Origin: Lentisphaeria bacterium | GTDB lineage: Bacteria; Verrucomicrobiota; Lentisphaeria; JABSQK01; JAWLHB01 | Assembly (NCBI GenBank): GCA_041690595.1 | Contig: JAWLHB010000009.1 | Coordinates: 1 to 64,000 of the forward strand | Direction of reading: 5' to 3' | Length of the DNA stretch: 64,000 nucleotides | Part shown: positions 1 through 8,197 of the stretch, in pieces | Position numbering within the stretch: the first letter of the stretch is position 1 | How the letters are laid out: every line of letters begins with the position of its first letter | The notes under the pieces: model-generated | Seen by the model: the letters and a program-made list of their open reading frames with translations, nothing else | Database searches by the model: none | Told to the model about the DNA's origin: nothing | Translations under genes and position numbers: made by a program

Positions 1-1
1 G

Positions 2-296
2 TTACCTTCATCTCACGGGGCGGTGTGCATTGATTCTATTATGGCTATCGGTGTTGGAGCTACCAGCAACAAGGCAGAAAAGGCTTTCTGACTAGCCTCC
101 TTTTATGGGGAGACGTGGTCTCCCCATATGGGTGGACTTCGGCTATTCATCACGAGGCTTGGCCAAGAGCTGGGAAAAGTCCCCAAGGTGGAAGGTGAAG
201 ATCGCGAAAAGGTTATCGCTGATTGCATCGCCCTGGCGGAAAGGATCGAGCAGAGACTCGCCGACCTGAACAAGGCGGAGCAGGACAACCCGTAAC
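2..296 (+). CDS. 5'-truncated hypothetical protein with one in-frame TGA (89-91); candidate selenoprotein, or two short ORFs/pseudogene
   Basis: Frame 2 reads ...SNKAEKAF*LASFYGETWSPHMGG...LADLNKAEQDNP* with coding-like codons on both sides of the TGA; an 11-bp hairpin lies at 104-128. Not in the ORF track. Confidence 0.45.
104..128 (+). promoter_or_regulatory. SECIS-like hairpin
   Basis: TATGGGGAGAC-GTG-GTCTCCCCATA is a perfect 11-bp stem starting 12 nt after the in-frame TGA, with a G-first loop and no U-tract after it on either strand. Confidence 0.45.
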
Positions 297-366
297 CCGC
301 CGTCCAAGCTCCACTGCCATCAGCCGCTGCCGGACCTTCCCCGCCAGCCACACCAAGGAAACCAGG

Positions 367-627
367 ATGGATATCGACCAGGACGTCATCCCCACCGAGC
401 GATGCGCAGATGCATTCAGTCGCATCTTCTGGGCAATCTTCTTCTTGCTCGATATTCGACTTGGCATCGGCAATGTCCATATCGACATCTTGCCGGACGT
501 CATCGGCTGGATCATGATCGCCTCCGCATTCAAAACCATTCTCGACCTTTCTCCATTCCCGATGGGCAAATCCAGAGGTAGCCGCAATCCTCCCAGATTT
601 GCGAAAACTGCCTTCGCCCTCTGGTAA
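367..627 (+). pseudogene. Truncated membrane protein fragment
   Basis: ATG at 367 after AAGGA. Two hydrophobic segments (IFWAIFFLLDI; DILPDVIGWIMIASAF) are followed by an abrupt non-membrane tail and stop. Confidence 0.4.
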
Positions 628-800
628 CCAAGGATGCCCGCCGCCAACCTCGGGCCGCATTCTCACCTCTTTCACTATTTGCTTTACAACGCAGCCATCA
701 ACCACTATCTTGAGGTTGTAACCACACTGCGGGACGCCGCAAGTTACCCGCCGCTGGGACGATCAGTGGCGTATACTTCAGAATAATCAGGTAGCAGATC

Positions 801-1361
801 ATGCGCACCCTTTCCCGACATCTTCCCTCGCCTGAAGCTCTCGACGGCAAGATGCCATTCGTCGGGAAGATCATTGTTACCTCGTTCTTTGCGGCAATCG
901 GATGCTGGATAGTCGTTGCTCCGTACGAAGCACTGATCATTCTGGGCTCGCTGACTGGCCTCATCGCCATCTCGATGCTCCGTCAACGCCGCTGGATCGC
1001 CAGATTTCGTCAGGAACGAGCTGACACAATCTGTGATTTTCGGAAGTCGTTCAACTTGCGGGAAGTGGATCCATGGATAATTCGGGCCACCCACGAAGCC
1101 TTCGGAGCTTGGTTGGACCCGAAGCAACCTTGTTTTCCCCTCCGCGCAAGTGATTCAATTGGGGGTGATCTGAAGATTCATCCAGAGGATATGGGGGACC
1201 TTGTCTTCGAAGTTGCTGAACGAGCGGGATATGATCTCTCGCATTGTGATGCTAACCCTCTTTTCGGTAAGGTTCAGACGGTCGAGGACTTTGTTCTCTT
1301 CATCAACATGGAACCCAGAACACGAGAAGCCGAACAAGCCCGCTCATCCGATGGCGGGTAG
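801..1361 (+). CDS. Hypothetical membrane-anchored protein with acyl-carrier-like C-terminal domain
   Basis: Two N-terminal TM helices; C-terminal pattern LRASDSIGGDLKIHPEDMGDL...VQTVEDFVLFI. Confidence 0.6.
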   Translation: MRTLSRHLPSPEALDGKMPFVGKIIVTSFFAAIGCWIVVAPYEALIILGSLTGLIAISMLRQRRWIARFRQERADTICDFRKSFNLREVDPWIIRATHEAFGAWLDPKQPCFPLRASDSIGGDLKIHPEDMGDLVFEVAERAGYDLSHCDANPLFGKVQTVEDFVLFINMEPRTREAEQARSSDGG

Positions 1362-1606
1362 CGTCTCAGAATGAATGCTCCTGAAGTACGCGACTCCCAC
1401 ATTTCAGGCCTGTCGAGGCTAACGCCAGTGGAATTGAACTCACGCGTTGGATGGAGATGGCTTGCCCTCGTCGCTTCTGCGTCCCCTGTGGTTACTATCC
1501 GCTACCATCGCTCTTCTTTGCGCTCTTTGCGTTCTTTGTGGTTACGTTGCGCCCCCCTCTCCCCTTCAGATGGCATGCTGCCGTCAGGCCGCAATTCCAG
1601 ATGCCG

Positions 1607-1655
1607 CTTGAAACATCAGGCAAAAGCCACGATAGTGAGGCTGTGCGCGTAGCGC
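1607..1655 (+). promoter_or_regulatory. Duplicated sigma70-type promoter/leader module, copy 1
   Basis: TTGAAA(1608-1613)-17 nt-GATAGT(1631-1636); 45/49 nt identical to 2642-2690. Confidence 0.65.
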
Positions 1656-1746
1656 TCCATTCGGGTGGCGGCTCCCCCAGGTGGACACACTCACTGGACC
1701 TCATGCGTGAAGACAAGTATCAGGCGTGGCAGAGAGAGGAATGAGG

Positions 1747-1938
1747 ATGAGGATGAAACTGAAGATTACGACTCACGCAGAACAGGCGAAGCAAGATCGG
1801 TCCTACTGGCGCAGCCGAACGCCTGAGGAGCGTCTGAGCGAAGTCGAGAGGCTGCGGATGGAGGCAGGAAAGTTTCTGTATGAATATCCTTCCCGACTTC
1901 GAAGAACTGTTTCGATTACTGGAAGATCACCACGTTGA
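1747..1938 (+). CDS. Small basic protein, partner of the downstream nucleotidyltransferase (putative antitoxin-like)
   Basis: YWRSRTPEERLSEVERLR motif; overlaps the NTase start. Start is ambiguous (1741/1747/1753). Confidence 0.65.
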   Translation: MRMKLKITTHAEQAKQDRSYWRSRTPEERLSEVERLRMEAGKFLYEYPSRLRRTVSITGRSPR

Positions 1939-2350
1939 TTACATGATCGTGGGCGGGTACGCCGTGGCGTATCACGGGTATCCACGATTCACAAAGGATA
2001 TCGACGTCTTCTTCCGGCTGACCGGAGAGAATGCCGAGCGCCTTCGACTTGCGCTCACGGCGTTCGGTTTCCGCGATGAGGAGCTGCCTCTCGACGCTTT
2101 CATGACTCCTGGCAACGTCCTGACCTTTGGGGTCGTCCCAGTCCGTGTGGATCTGCTCAACGAGATCGACGGTATCAGCTACGAGGAGGCACGTCCCAAC
2201 GCCGTCAGGGCCAGCTATGGTGGCGTGGAAGTTACTTTCATCGGTCTCGACGACCTGATCAGAAACAAGAAAGCAACGCCACGTGCCCGGGACAAAGGTG
2301 ACGTCGAGGAACTGACACAACAAGAGGATGGTGGCGACCCGGTCACCTGA
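1880..2350 (+). CDS. Nucleotidyltransferase-fold protein (DUF6036-like)
   Basis: IVGGYAVAYHGYPRFTKDIDVF motif; C-terminal DLIRNKKATPRARDKGDVEEL. Confidence 0.8.
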   Translation: MNILPDFEELFRLLEDHHVDYMIVGGYAVAYHGYPRFTKDIDVFFRLTGENAERLRLALTAFGFRDEELPLDAFMTPGNVLTFGVVPVRVDLLNEIDGISYEEARPNAVRASYGGVEVTFIGLDDLIRNKKATPRARDKGDVEELTQQEDGGDPVT

Positions 2351-2477
2351 GATACCAACTCCATGCAGTGTCTCGCATCTTCGGCAAGGGGCGCAAAGCA
2401 GGCCCCGAGACGCGGAGACGCCAACATCAGGCAGCCGAGACGGCTCGATCTCGACGGTTTCGACAGAATCGATTGTC

Positions 2478-2520
2478 TCGATTCATTCGATTCATTCGAT
2501 TCATTCGATTCATTCGATCA
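2478..2520. repeat. 9-bp tandem repeat (TCGATTCAT)x4 plus partial copy
   Basis: Read directly from the sequence. Confidence 0.95.
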
Positions 2521-2641
2521 CCTCGACAACCTCCCAGAAGCAGCAGGCTTCGCCGCTCGCTGAGCGACATCGGGGCTTTCGAGGCTAACTCTCCGTGAAA
2601 TTGAGCTGTTAATCATCGCCCCCGTCAGATTCGGAGTTCCT

Positions 2642-2690
2642 CTTGAAACATCAGGCACGAACCACCATAGTGAGGCTGTGCGCGTAGCGC
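2642..2690 (+). promoter_or_regulatory. Duplicated sigma70-type promoter/leader module, copy 2
   Basis: TTGAAA(2643-2648)-17 nt-CATAGT(2666-2671) followed by GAGGCTGTGCGCGTAGCGC, identical to copy 1. Confidence 0.65.
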
Positions 2691-2779
2691 GCCACAGTGA
2701 CGGCGCTCCCTCACTTTCGTCGCGCACCGATTTTGATATTCAATACCTAGACGATTGGCGAGATTGGCAGGAGACTCTT

Positions 2780-3706
2780 ATGGCAAAGATTGGGAGAAAT
2801 GAACCATGCCCGTGCGGCAGCGGTAAGAAGTACAAGAAGTGCTGCATAGACAAGGTCCTTGAAACTCCCAGAGTCACTCATTGGCGGCTGGAAGAAATCA
2901 ATGTGTTATCGACAGAGAAGATCATCGCCAAACTACGTGATTTCGGCGTTGAGTTCGATGAAGACGAGTTCTTGAAAGATGTAGAGCATTTTCATTCCGC
3001 CTGCGAGTTGGCTGACGATTGGCAAGACAGGTACACAATTACAGCCGTGCGATTCGATGTGGATTTTATTTGGATGGCCTGCATCGAGCTATGGCGGCGA
3101 TTGGCTCCTGATGTGGTAAATACCGAGCACCTTGATGCCCTGATGCAGGTAGGATACGAGCTGACCGACAATGAAGGCGAAGATTTGACGGAAGGTTGCG
3201 ACGTATGGCTACAGGTATGGGGTCACTTGAAAGATAGGTTTGCCGGTGACATGACATCCATTCATGATGCTGAAGCGGTTTTTTCTGGAATGCGATGCTT
3301 AACCAATTGGTGTCAGGATTTAGAGGAGGCTCTTCACAAAGCAGGAAAGAACGATCCAGCCTACTATCACAAGAGGCTTGAGTATTGCACGGAATTTTGT
3401 AGCCTTTTTCCGGATTCGGAAAGATTGATCATAATCAACATGAAAAGGGCGGCAGCTGAATGCTATTTTTCTCTTGGCAGGATCGACGAAGGCGATCGGG
3501 CATTCGAACGAATGGCCAATGAATTACCGAACAGCGTTTGGCCATATATCGGATGGGGAGATATGTATTGCGTTTTCACGGAACCAGGGGTTGCCGCGGA
3601 TAAGGAGAAGGCAAAGAGAATCTACCAAATGGGGTTGGCTATCGACTCATACGAGAAGCGGTATCTACTTGAACGGCTTGAATCTTTGGATGAAAATCAG
3701 GACTGA
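2780..3706 (+). CDS. SEC-C metal-binding motif protein with helical/TPR-like C-terminus
   Basis: [22 protein letters not shown] at the N-terminus; GGAG RBS before ATG 2780; lower GC than the flanks. Confidence 0.85.
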   Translation: MAKIGRNEPCPCGSGKKYKKCCIDKVLETPRVTHWRLEEINVLSTEKIIAKLRDFGVEFDEDEFLKDVEHFHSACELADDWQDRYTITAVRFDVDFIWMACIELWRRLAPDVVNTEHLDALMQVGYELTDNEGEDLTEGCDVWLQVWGHLKDRFAGDMTSIHDAEAVFSGMRCLTNWCQDLEEALHKAGKNDPAYYHKRLEYCTEFCSLFPDSERLIIINMKRAAAECYFSLGRIDEGDRAFERMANELPNSVWPYIGWGDMYCVFTEPGVAADKEKAKRIYQMGLAIDSYEKRYLLERLESLDENQD

Positions 3707-4122
3707 TTGATGTGTTGTTCCGTCATGGCAGTCACCCTCTGTCGTGTCGCGTCGTCTCGTTACGTTAAAAGGTTCCGTTGGTCCTACTACCGTGCTCATT
3801 TTTTGAACAGCATAAAGTAGCAGGGGTTTGACTAGAGGTCCAATGTATAGCGGAGACGAGTTCTGATGTTCGGAACATGGGTTGATAAGGATTTATCGGG
3901 GCGGATCTGACGACTGGAAAGCTGAACGTCGAGGCAGGACTGTAGTATTGTCGCCGACTTAAGTGAGGGCGCACTGAAGGTATTATTAAGAAAGTTTCCA
4001 AACATGTCTGCGTTGAATGGAACGAGAGGCAGAAACCGCTATATTGCTGGAAACTGATGGCAGCAATGCAATAGGATGGTTCGGGATTTTCTTCGGAACT
4101 AAGCAGTGCGTCGGGAGCAACA

Positions 4123-7100
4123 GTGCCAGATCAAGATTCGTTCGACTTCGGCCAAAGCCTACGCAAGGAGATTAGTGGCGGAGCAAGCTTTTTGCCACTC
4201 ATCGGCAGTGGACTCTCCGTGCCATCCGGTATCCCCAGCGGCCGCGCGCTCAAGAGCTACCTGCAGCTCTGTTTGTCTCGCGTCTTAGGGACGGATAGGA
4301 CGTTGCCATTGTGGTCGCCCCAGCGGTGTCAATGGCCTCCATTGCACGAATGTCGTCATCAGGTAGATGCCGTTGCTTGGATCACGCAGCAGGTAGATGC
4401 AATCTCATCAGGCAATCATGACGCGGGAGAGTCTGAGTTTAGGGTTTCCAATGCGATCCGACAGGAAGCGGTAGGAGCTCTGGCCAACTGGCGAACAGCC
4501 CTGCAGTTCCTCTCCAGGCTTATGCTGAGAGCCAAGCCCAATGGCGTGACGGAACTCGTGTTGGGAGCCCCCAACCCCCGCGTGATCGACTCGTTCTTCT
4601 TCCATGTCACCAAGGGACGCGAGCCCAATGTTGGTCACTCCATGCTTGCGCATTTGTCCAGCCTGCTCAGCGCGACCACCATTCTGACCACCAACTTCGA
4701 TGACCTGATCGAGGAGGCTTTCGACAGCGCCGATCTGCCGCTCACCAAGTTTGATGTCCACCAGAAAGCAGCGCTGCCGGATGCGTCATTGGTTCTGGTC
4801 GGTCATTCCATCGTGAAACTGCATGGCGGACGCTTCGGCCTGCGCGCCGACTTCACTCTGGACGAAGAGCCGAGCGAGGCAGATAAGGAGACCTTCAAGG
4901 CCTACCTCGGCAAACAGCTACTCTCTGTACCCCGTCATCTCCTCGTTATTGGCATGTCGGGCGACGATGCACGCATGATCTCCCTGATTCGGAGCGCCTT
5001 GAAGGACCCCGAGTTGAATGAAATGAAGGTCTTCTGGTTGTGCTACCGACCCGATGACAGGATGTACGTGCAGGACCTCTTTGGCCCTCAGCCAGGCTGT
5101 GACAAGACCAACTACTACCACAAGAACTTCGTCACTACCGTTCACTCGGACCCATGCCTATTTCTCTACGAACTGCACCAGCAGTTATCGCATTCGTTGC
5201 CGGGCAGTGGCACCGCGTTTCCGGCTTTCTGGCCCGTTGCCCCACGGCCGTATACGAACAACGACAAATTAATCAAGCGGCGACAGAAAACAAAGACAAA
5301 GAAACTCAAGGAAGCAATAACTACGATTTTGAAAGCAGCAAAAACTAAACCTTCGGATTGCCATTGGAACGTGATCGTCGCCTACGGGGCACCTGGGGTT
5401 ACTTCTGTTGCCGCACGCGCTATCGATTCCCTGTATCAGGAGTATACGTGCTGCTGGATCGACCTTGATATGTACAGTGGTTGGCATGATTTCTTCGTGA
5501 CGCTTTCCGATACGATCAGGTGGAAGCTCGGCGCACCGTCTCTGGTGCTGCCAGTCGTCACGAATGAACTCGAAACCTGCAGACGGTCTCTCGCGCATTT
5601 GCTTGAACGCTCTGAGCGAGACGTCGTGGTCTTCCTTAACGCCCGGGAAGGATTTGGTCGTGATGCCGGCTGGTGCGAGAATGCCCCAAAGTCCGACCAG
5701 AACTACTGGAAAGACAAAGACATCGAGGCGCTGTATGGATTCCTGAACCAAAACAAGATCGACGGCGTTGTGTTTGTACTCATGCACAAAGATCCATTGC
5801 CGAAGGAAACTAATCTGCAGTGTCTCTTCGATACAAGTAAACCTTTCCCGATCAAGCTGAAGACCATTGATCATACTGCCGAGAGCATCGTGGAGTCGGT
5901 TATCGGCCTCCTCTCGTCCGAGAAGTGCCCGAAGCCAGAGACGAAGAATGATCCGGTGATCGTCAATTATCGATTCCTGTACGCGATGACTCTGTTCCGT
6001 TGTTCGCGGCACCTCACATCACTGTGTTCCTGGGGCCTCCTCAATGCTTTCCAGCCAGGCAGTACGTCGGGCAAGGACAACGATTCGGTGCGAGCCAATT
6101 ACCGCGATGAATGGCTTCGTGTTTTGCGCGACAAGGGTGCGATACGCTATGACCGGGGCGGCTTCATTTGGATGCACGCTGAAGTTCGCGACAGGCTCAG
6201 GCAACGTCTCATCGAGGAGTTCAAGGAAACCGAACAAGAGCCTGCTGACTTGCAATCTTTTGCCGCCGAGTGCCATCAGGGCATAGCCGACTGGTACGTT
6301 AAGCTGTTCCGCTCCTCCGACGATCCACGCGCCGCACTCGAGTCGCTTTACCACCGCTTCTGCTGCATCGCCGCCGCGCCGAAGACGGGAGGCGCTTCGG
6401 GCAGCGCCGATTACCTTATCCGAAGCAGCCAGATAGAATCTATTGTCACACTGAAGCTGGCTCACGAGAGACTTGTCATGGGCGGGGATTTCAATTCTGC
6501 ATTGGGTCTAATAGATAAGATCAGAACACATATCTCTAGCTTCAATTTCGACGATCGGATGGACATCAAAAGCTGGAAAGACAGACTTGTGCAGACCTGT
6601 ACGCAACTCTACTGCCGTCTTCTGCGGGAGACAGGTGACTACCCAGTCGCGCTGACCGCCGGTCAAAGCCTCAGTGCTGACTGTTGGCAACCTCCAATCA
6701 AAGGCATAGCCACTGATCGCTGGCCCGACTATGAGCGATACGTGCTCTATACAGAGTTCCGTGCCTACAAAGATGCGGATGAAGGATTCGTTACTATCTT
6801 GAAAGACTTCCACCTGCTCACCACGTGGCCTTCTTCCACCAAGCAAGCACGCGACTGGGCCAGAGACTGGATCTTGCATGATCCACCCCCTGCGCAAGAT
6901 GACCTGAAACTCGCCATCAAGACCCTCCGCCGGGCAATGTTTCTGACGATGCTCATGGCACAGGCAAAAGCGTTCAGCCTCGCGTCAGTAGGACAGCTTT
7001 CTCCTGATTGCCAGAAACTTGTCTGCCTCCAGAAACGTGCAGAGGCCCTATATGCACTTGCTACAGAGCTGATGCGAAGTCTTGACGATGTCGAGTTCCT

Positions 7101-7830
7101 GCAGATAGAGAACTGCTATATTCGCACGAACTATGCCGCGTTGCTGGCGAATATGCAGCGCTTCCGCGAGGCCCACCGACGCCTGAACGAGGCCTCCGGT
7201 TACCTCGCCCACTCAAAGCGGCGAACCGATCCTGTATCATGGGCCGTAATCGACCTGCGCAGGGCGGAAGTCTTGTTGACCGAGTCACACCACAAACTCG
7301 AACTCGAACGGCCTAAGTCGCGTTCCGCGGCATTGGCCCTCGAGCACGACGCGCACACTTCTCTGCTACGAGCACAGCGGCGCCTCATGGATAGCCGGAG
7401 GAATGTCTGGTGGTGGACCTGGCTCTATGAGCTGCAGATGATCGAATGCGTGCATTTCTCGCAGATCCGGGGGCAGGAGCAGCACTGCCTCAACAGCCCC
7501 ACCAATGGAGCACTTCCTGCTGCCGGTTTGCCGTGCCGCGAGTGCACCGTGGACGGGCAGCGATGCATCGAGCTGATGCAGCACGCGATGAGAGTCAACA
7601 AACTCGACCCATACCGGCAGGCCCGTCTGGTTGCCCTTTTCAGAATCTTCATCACATCCAGTGGCGAAAAAAAACAGAATATAGCTGATGTGCTCAAGGA
7701 AGCAGAGGAACATCTTTCTGCCGTTCTGGAAGCACGAAAATTAAAACAACCGCCATTATCTGCCGATGTCCTGAAATATATCGAGAGGGTTCGCATGAAG
7801 GAGCGCGTGAGATCTGAGAAGAGTTCGTGA
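4123..7830 (+). CDS. SIR2-like NADase domain + degenerate STAND NTPase + TPR-like protein (putative antiphage defence)
   Basis: Sir2 motifs LIGSGLSVPSGIP, ILTTNFDDLIE, VKLHG, LLVIGMSGDD; P-loop remnant VAYGAPGVTS; winged-helix WMHAEVRD; helical C-terminus. Confidence 0.8.
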   Translation: MPDQDSFDFGQSLRKEISGGASFLPLIGSGLSVPSGIPSGRALKSYLQLCLSRVLGTDRTLPLWSPQRCQWPPLHECRHQVDAVAWITQQVDAISSGNHDAGESEFRVSNAIRQEAVGALANWRTALQFLSRLMLRAKPNGVTELVLGAPNPRVIDSFFFHVTKGREPNVGHSMLAHLSSLLSATTILTTNFDDLIEEAFDSADLPLTKFDVHQKAALPDASLVLVGHSIVKLHGGRFGLRADFTLDEEPSEADKETFKAYLGKQLLSVPRHLLVIGMSGDDARMISLIRSALKDPELNEMKVFWLCYRPDDRMYVQDLFGPQPGCDKTNYYHKNFVTTVHSDPCLFLYELHQQLSHSLPGSGTAFPAFWPVAPRPYTNNDKLIKRRQKTKTKKLKEAITTILKAAKTKPSDCHWNVIVAYGAPGVTSVAARAIDSLYQEYTCCWIDLDMYSGWHDFFVTLSDTIRWKLGAPSLVLPVVTNELETCRRSLAHLLERSERDVVVFLNAREGFGRDAGWCENAPKSDQNYWKDKDIEALYGFLNQNKIDGVVFVLMHKDPLPKETNLQCLFDTSKPFPIKLKTIDHTAESIVESVIGLLSSEKCPKPETKNDPVIVNYRFLYAMTLFRCSRHLTSLCSWGLLNAFQPGSTSGKDNDSVRANYRDEWLRVLRDKGAIRYDRGGFIWMHAEVRDRLRQRLIEEFKETEQEPADLQSFAAECHQGIADWYVKLFRSSDDPRAALESLYHRFCCIAAAPKTGGASGSADYLIRSSQIESIVTLKLAHERLVMGGDFNSALGLIDKIRTHISSFNFDDRMDIKSWKDRLVQTCTQLYCRLLRETGDYPVALTAGQSLSADCWQPPIKGIATDRWPDYERYVLYTEFRAYKDADEGFVTILKDFHLLTTWPSSTKQARDWARDWILHDPPPAQDDLKLAIKTLRRAMFLTMLMAQAKAFSLASVGQLSPDCQKLVCLQKRAEALYALATELMRSLDDVEFLQIENCYIRTNYAALLANMQRFREAHRRLNEASGYLAHSKRRTDPVSWAVIDLRRAEVLLTESHHKLELERPKSRSAALALEHDAHTSLLRAQRRLMDSRRNVWWWTWLYELQMIECVHFSQIRGQEQHCLNSPTNGALPAAGLPCRECTVDGQRCIELMQHAMRVNKLDPYRQARLVALFRIFITSSGEKKQNIADVLKEAEEHLSAVLEARKLKQPPLSADVLKYIERVRMKERVRSEKSS

Positions 7831-7921
7831 CTCGGTAGAAAGTGGGGCGTTGGGGAGGGGCGACGCGAATAGTGGGCACTCGGGAGAGTGGCGTTCGCGG
7901 GATGCGGGGGGCAGGGGGGAT

Positions 7922-8011
7922 TGGCGGAGGGAGTGGGATTCGAACCCACGGCACCCTGACGGGTACGCCGGTTTTCAAGACCGGAGCCTTCAACCACTCA
8001 GCCATCCCTCC
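7922..8011 (-). tRNA. tRNA-Ser (anticodon TGA), 90 nt, encoded CCA
   Basis: Reverse complement GGAGGGATGGCTGAGTGGTTGAAGGCTCCGGTCTTGAAAACCGG...GGGTTCGAATCCCACTCCCTCCGCCA; long variable arm. Confidence 0.97.
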
Positions 8012-8197
8012 GCGGAATGGGCAATGGGTGGTAATGTACGGGGCCGGTGGCAGCGTGGCAAGCAGTCCTGACGAGGAGATTCGGGGTGACAGCTTTTTTG
8101 AGCTCAGGGCAGGCAATTGGAGTTGCGTAAAGTGGTTGCAGCCTTTACCTGTAAGCAAGTCTTGAGGGAAGTCGCGGCACCTAACTGGAGGTCTGGA

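Noticed and set aside
104..128. Intrinsic terminator
   Set aside because: No U-tract follows the stem on either strand.
684..721. TTACAAC...GTTGTAA inverted repeat as a recombination site
   Set aside because: Only 7 bp, single occurrence and no internal pairing; compatible with chance.
2678..2779. N-terminal extension of the SEC-C protein from GTG 2678
   Set aside because: It lies in the duplicated promoter/leader; ATG 2780 has an RBS and begins the SEC-C motif.
1..7921. Integrase, transposase or prophage genes in the island
   Set aside because: No recombinase, DDE or phage structural motifs found in any listed ORF.
7922..8011. tRNA-Sec (selC), given the nearby TGA candidate
   Set aside because: The anticodon is TGA (reads UCA, Ser), not TCA, and the acceptor stem is a normal 7 bp.
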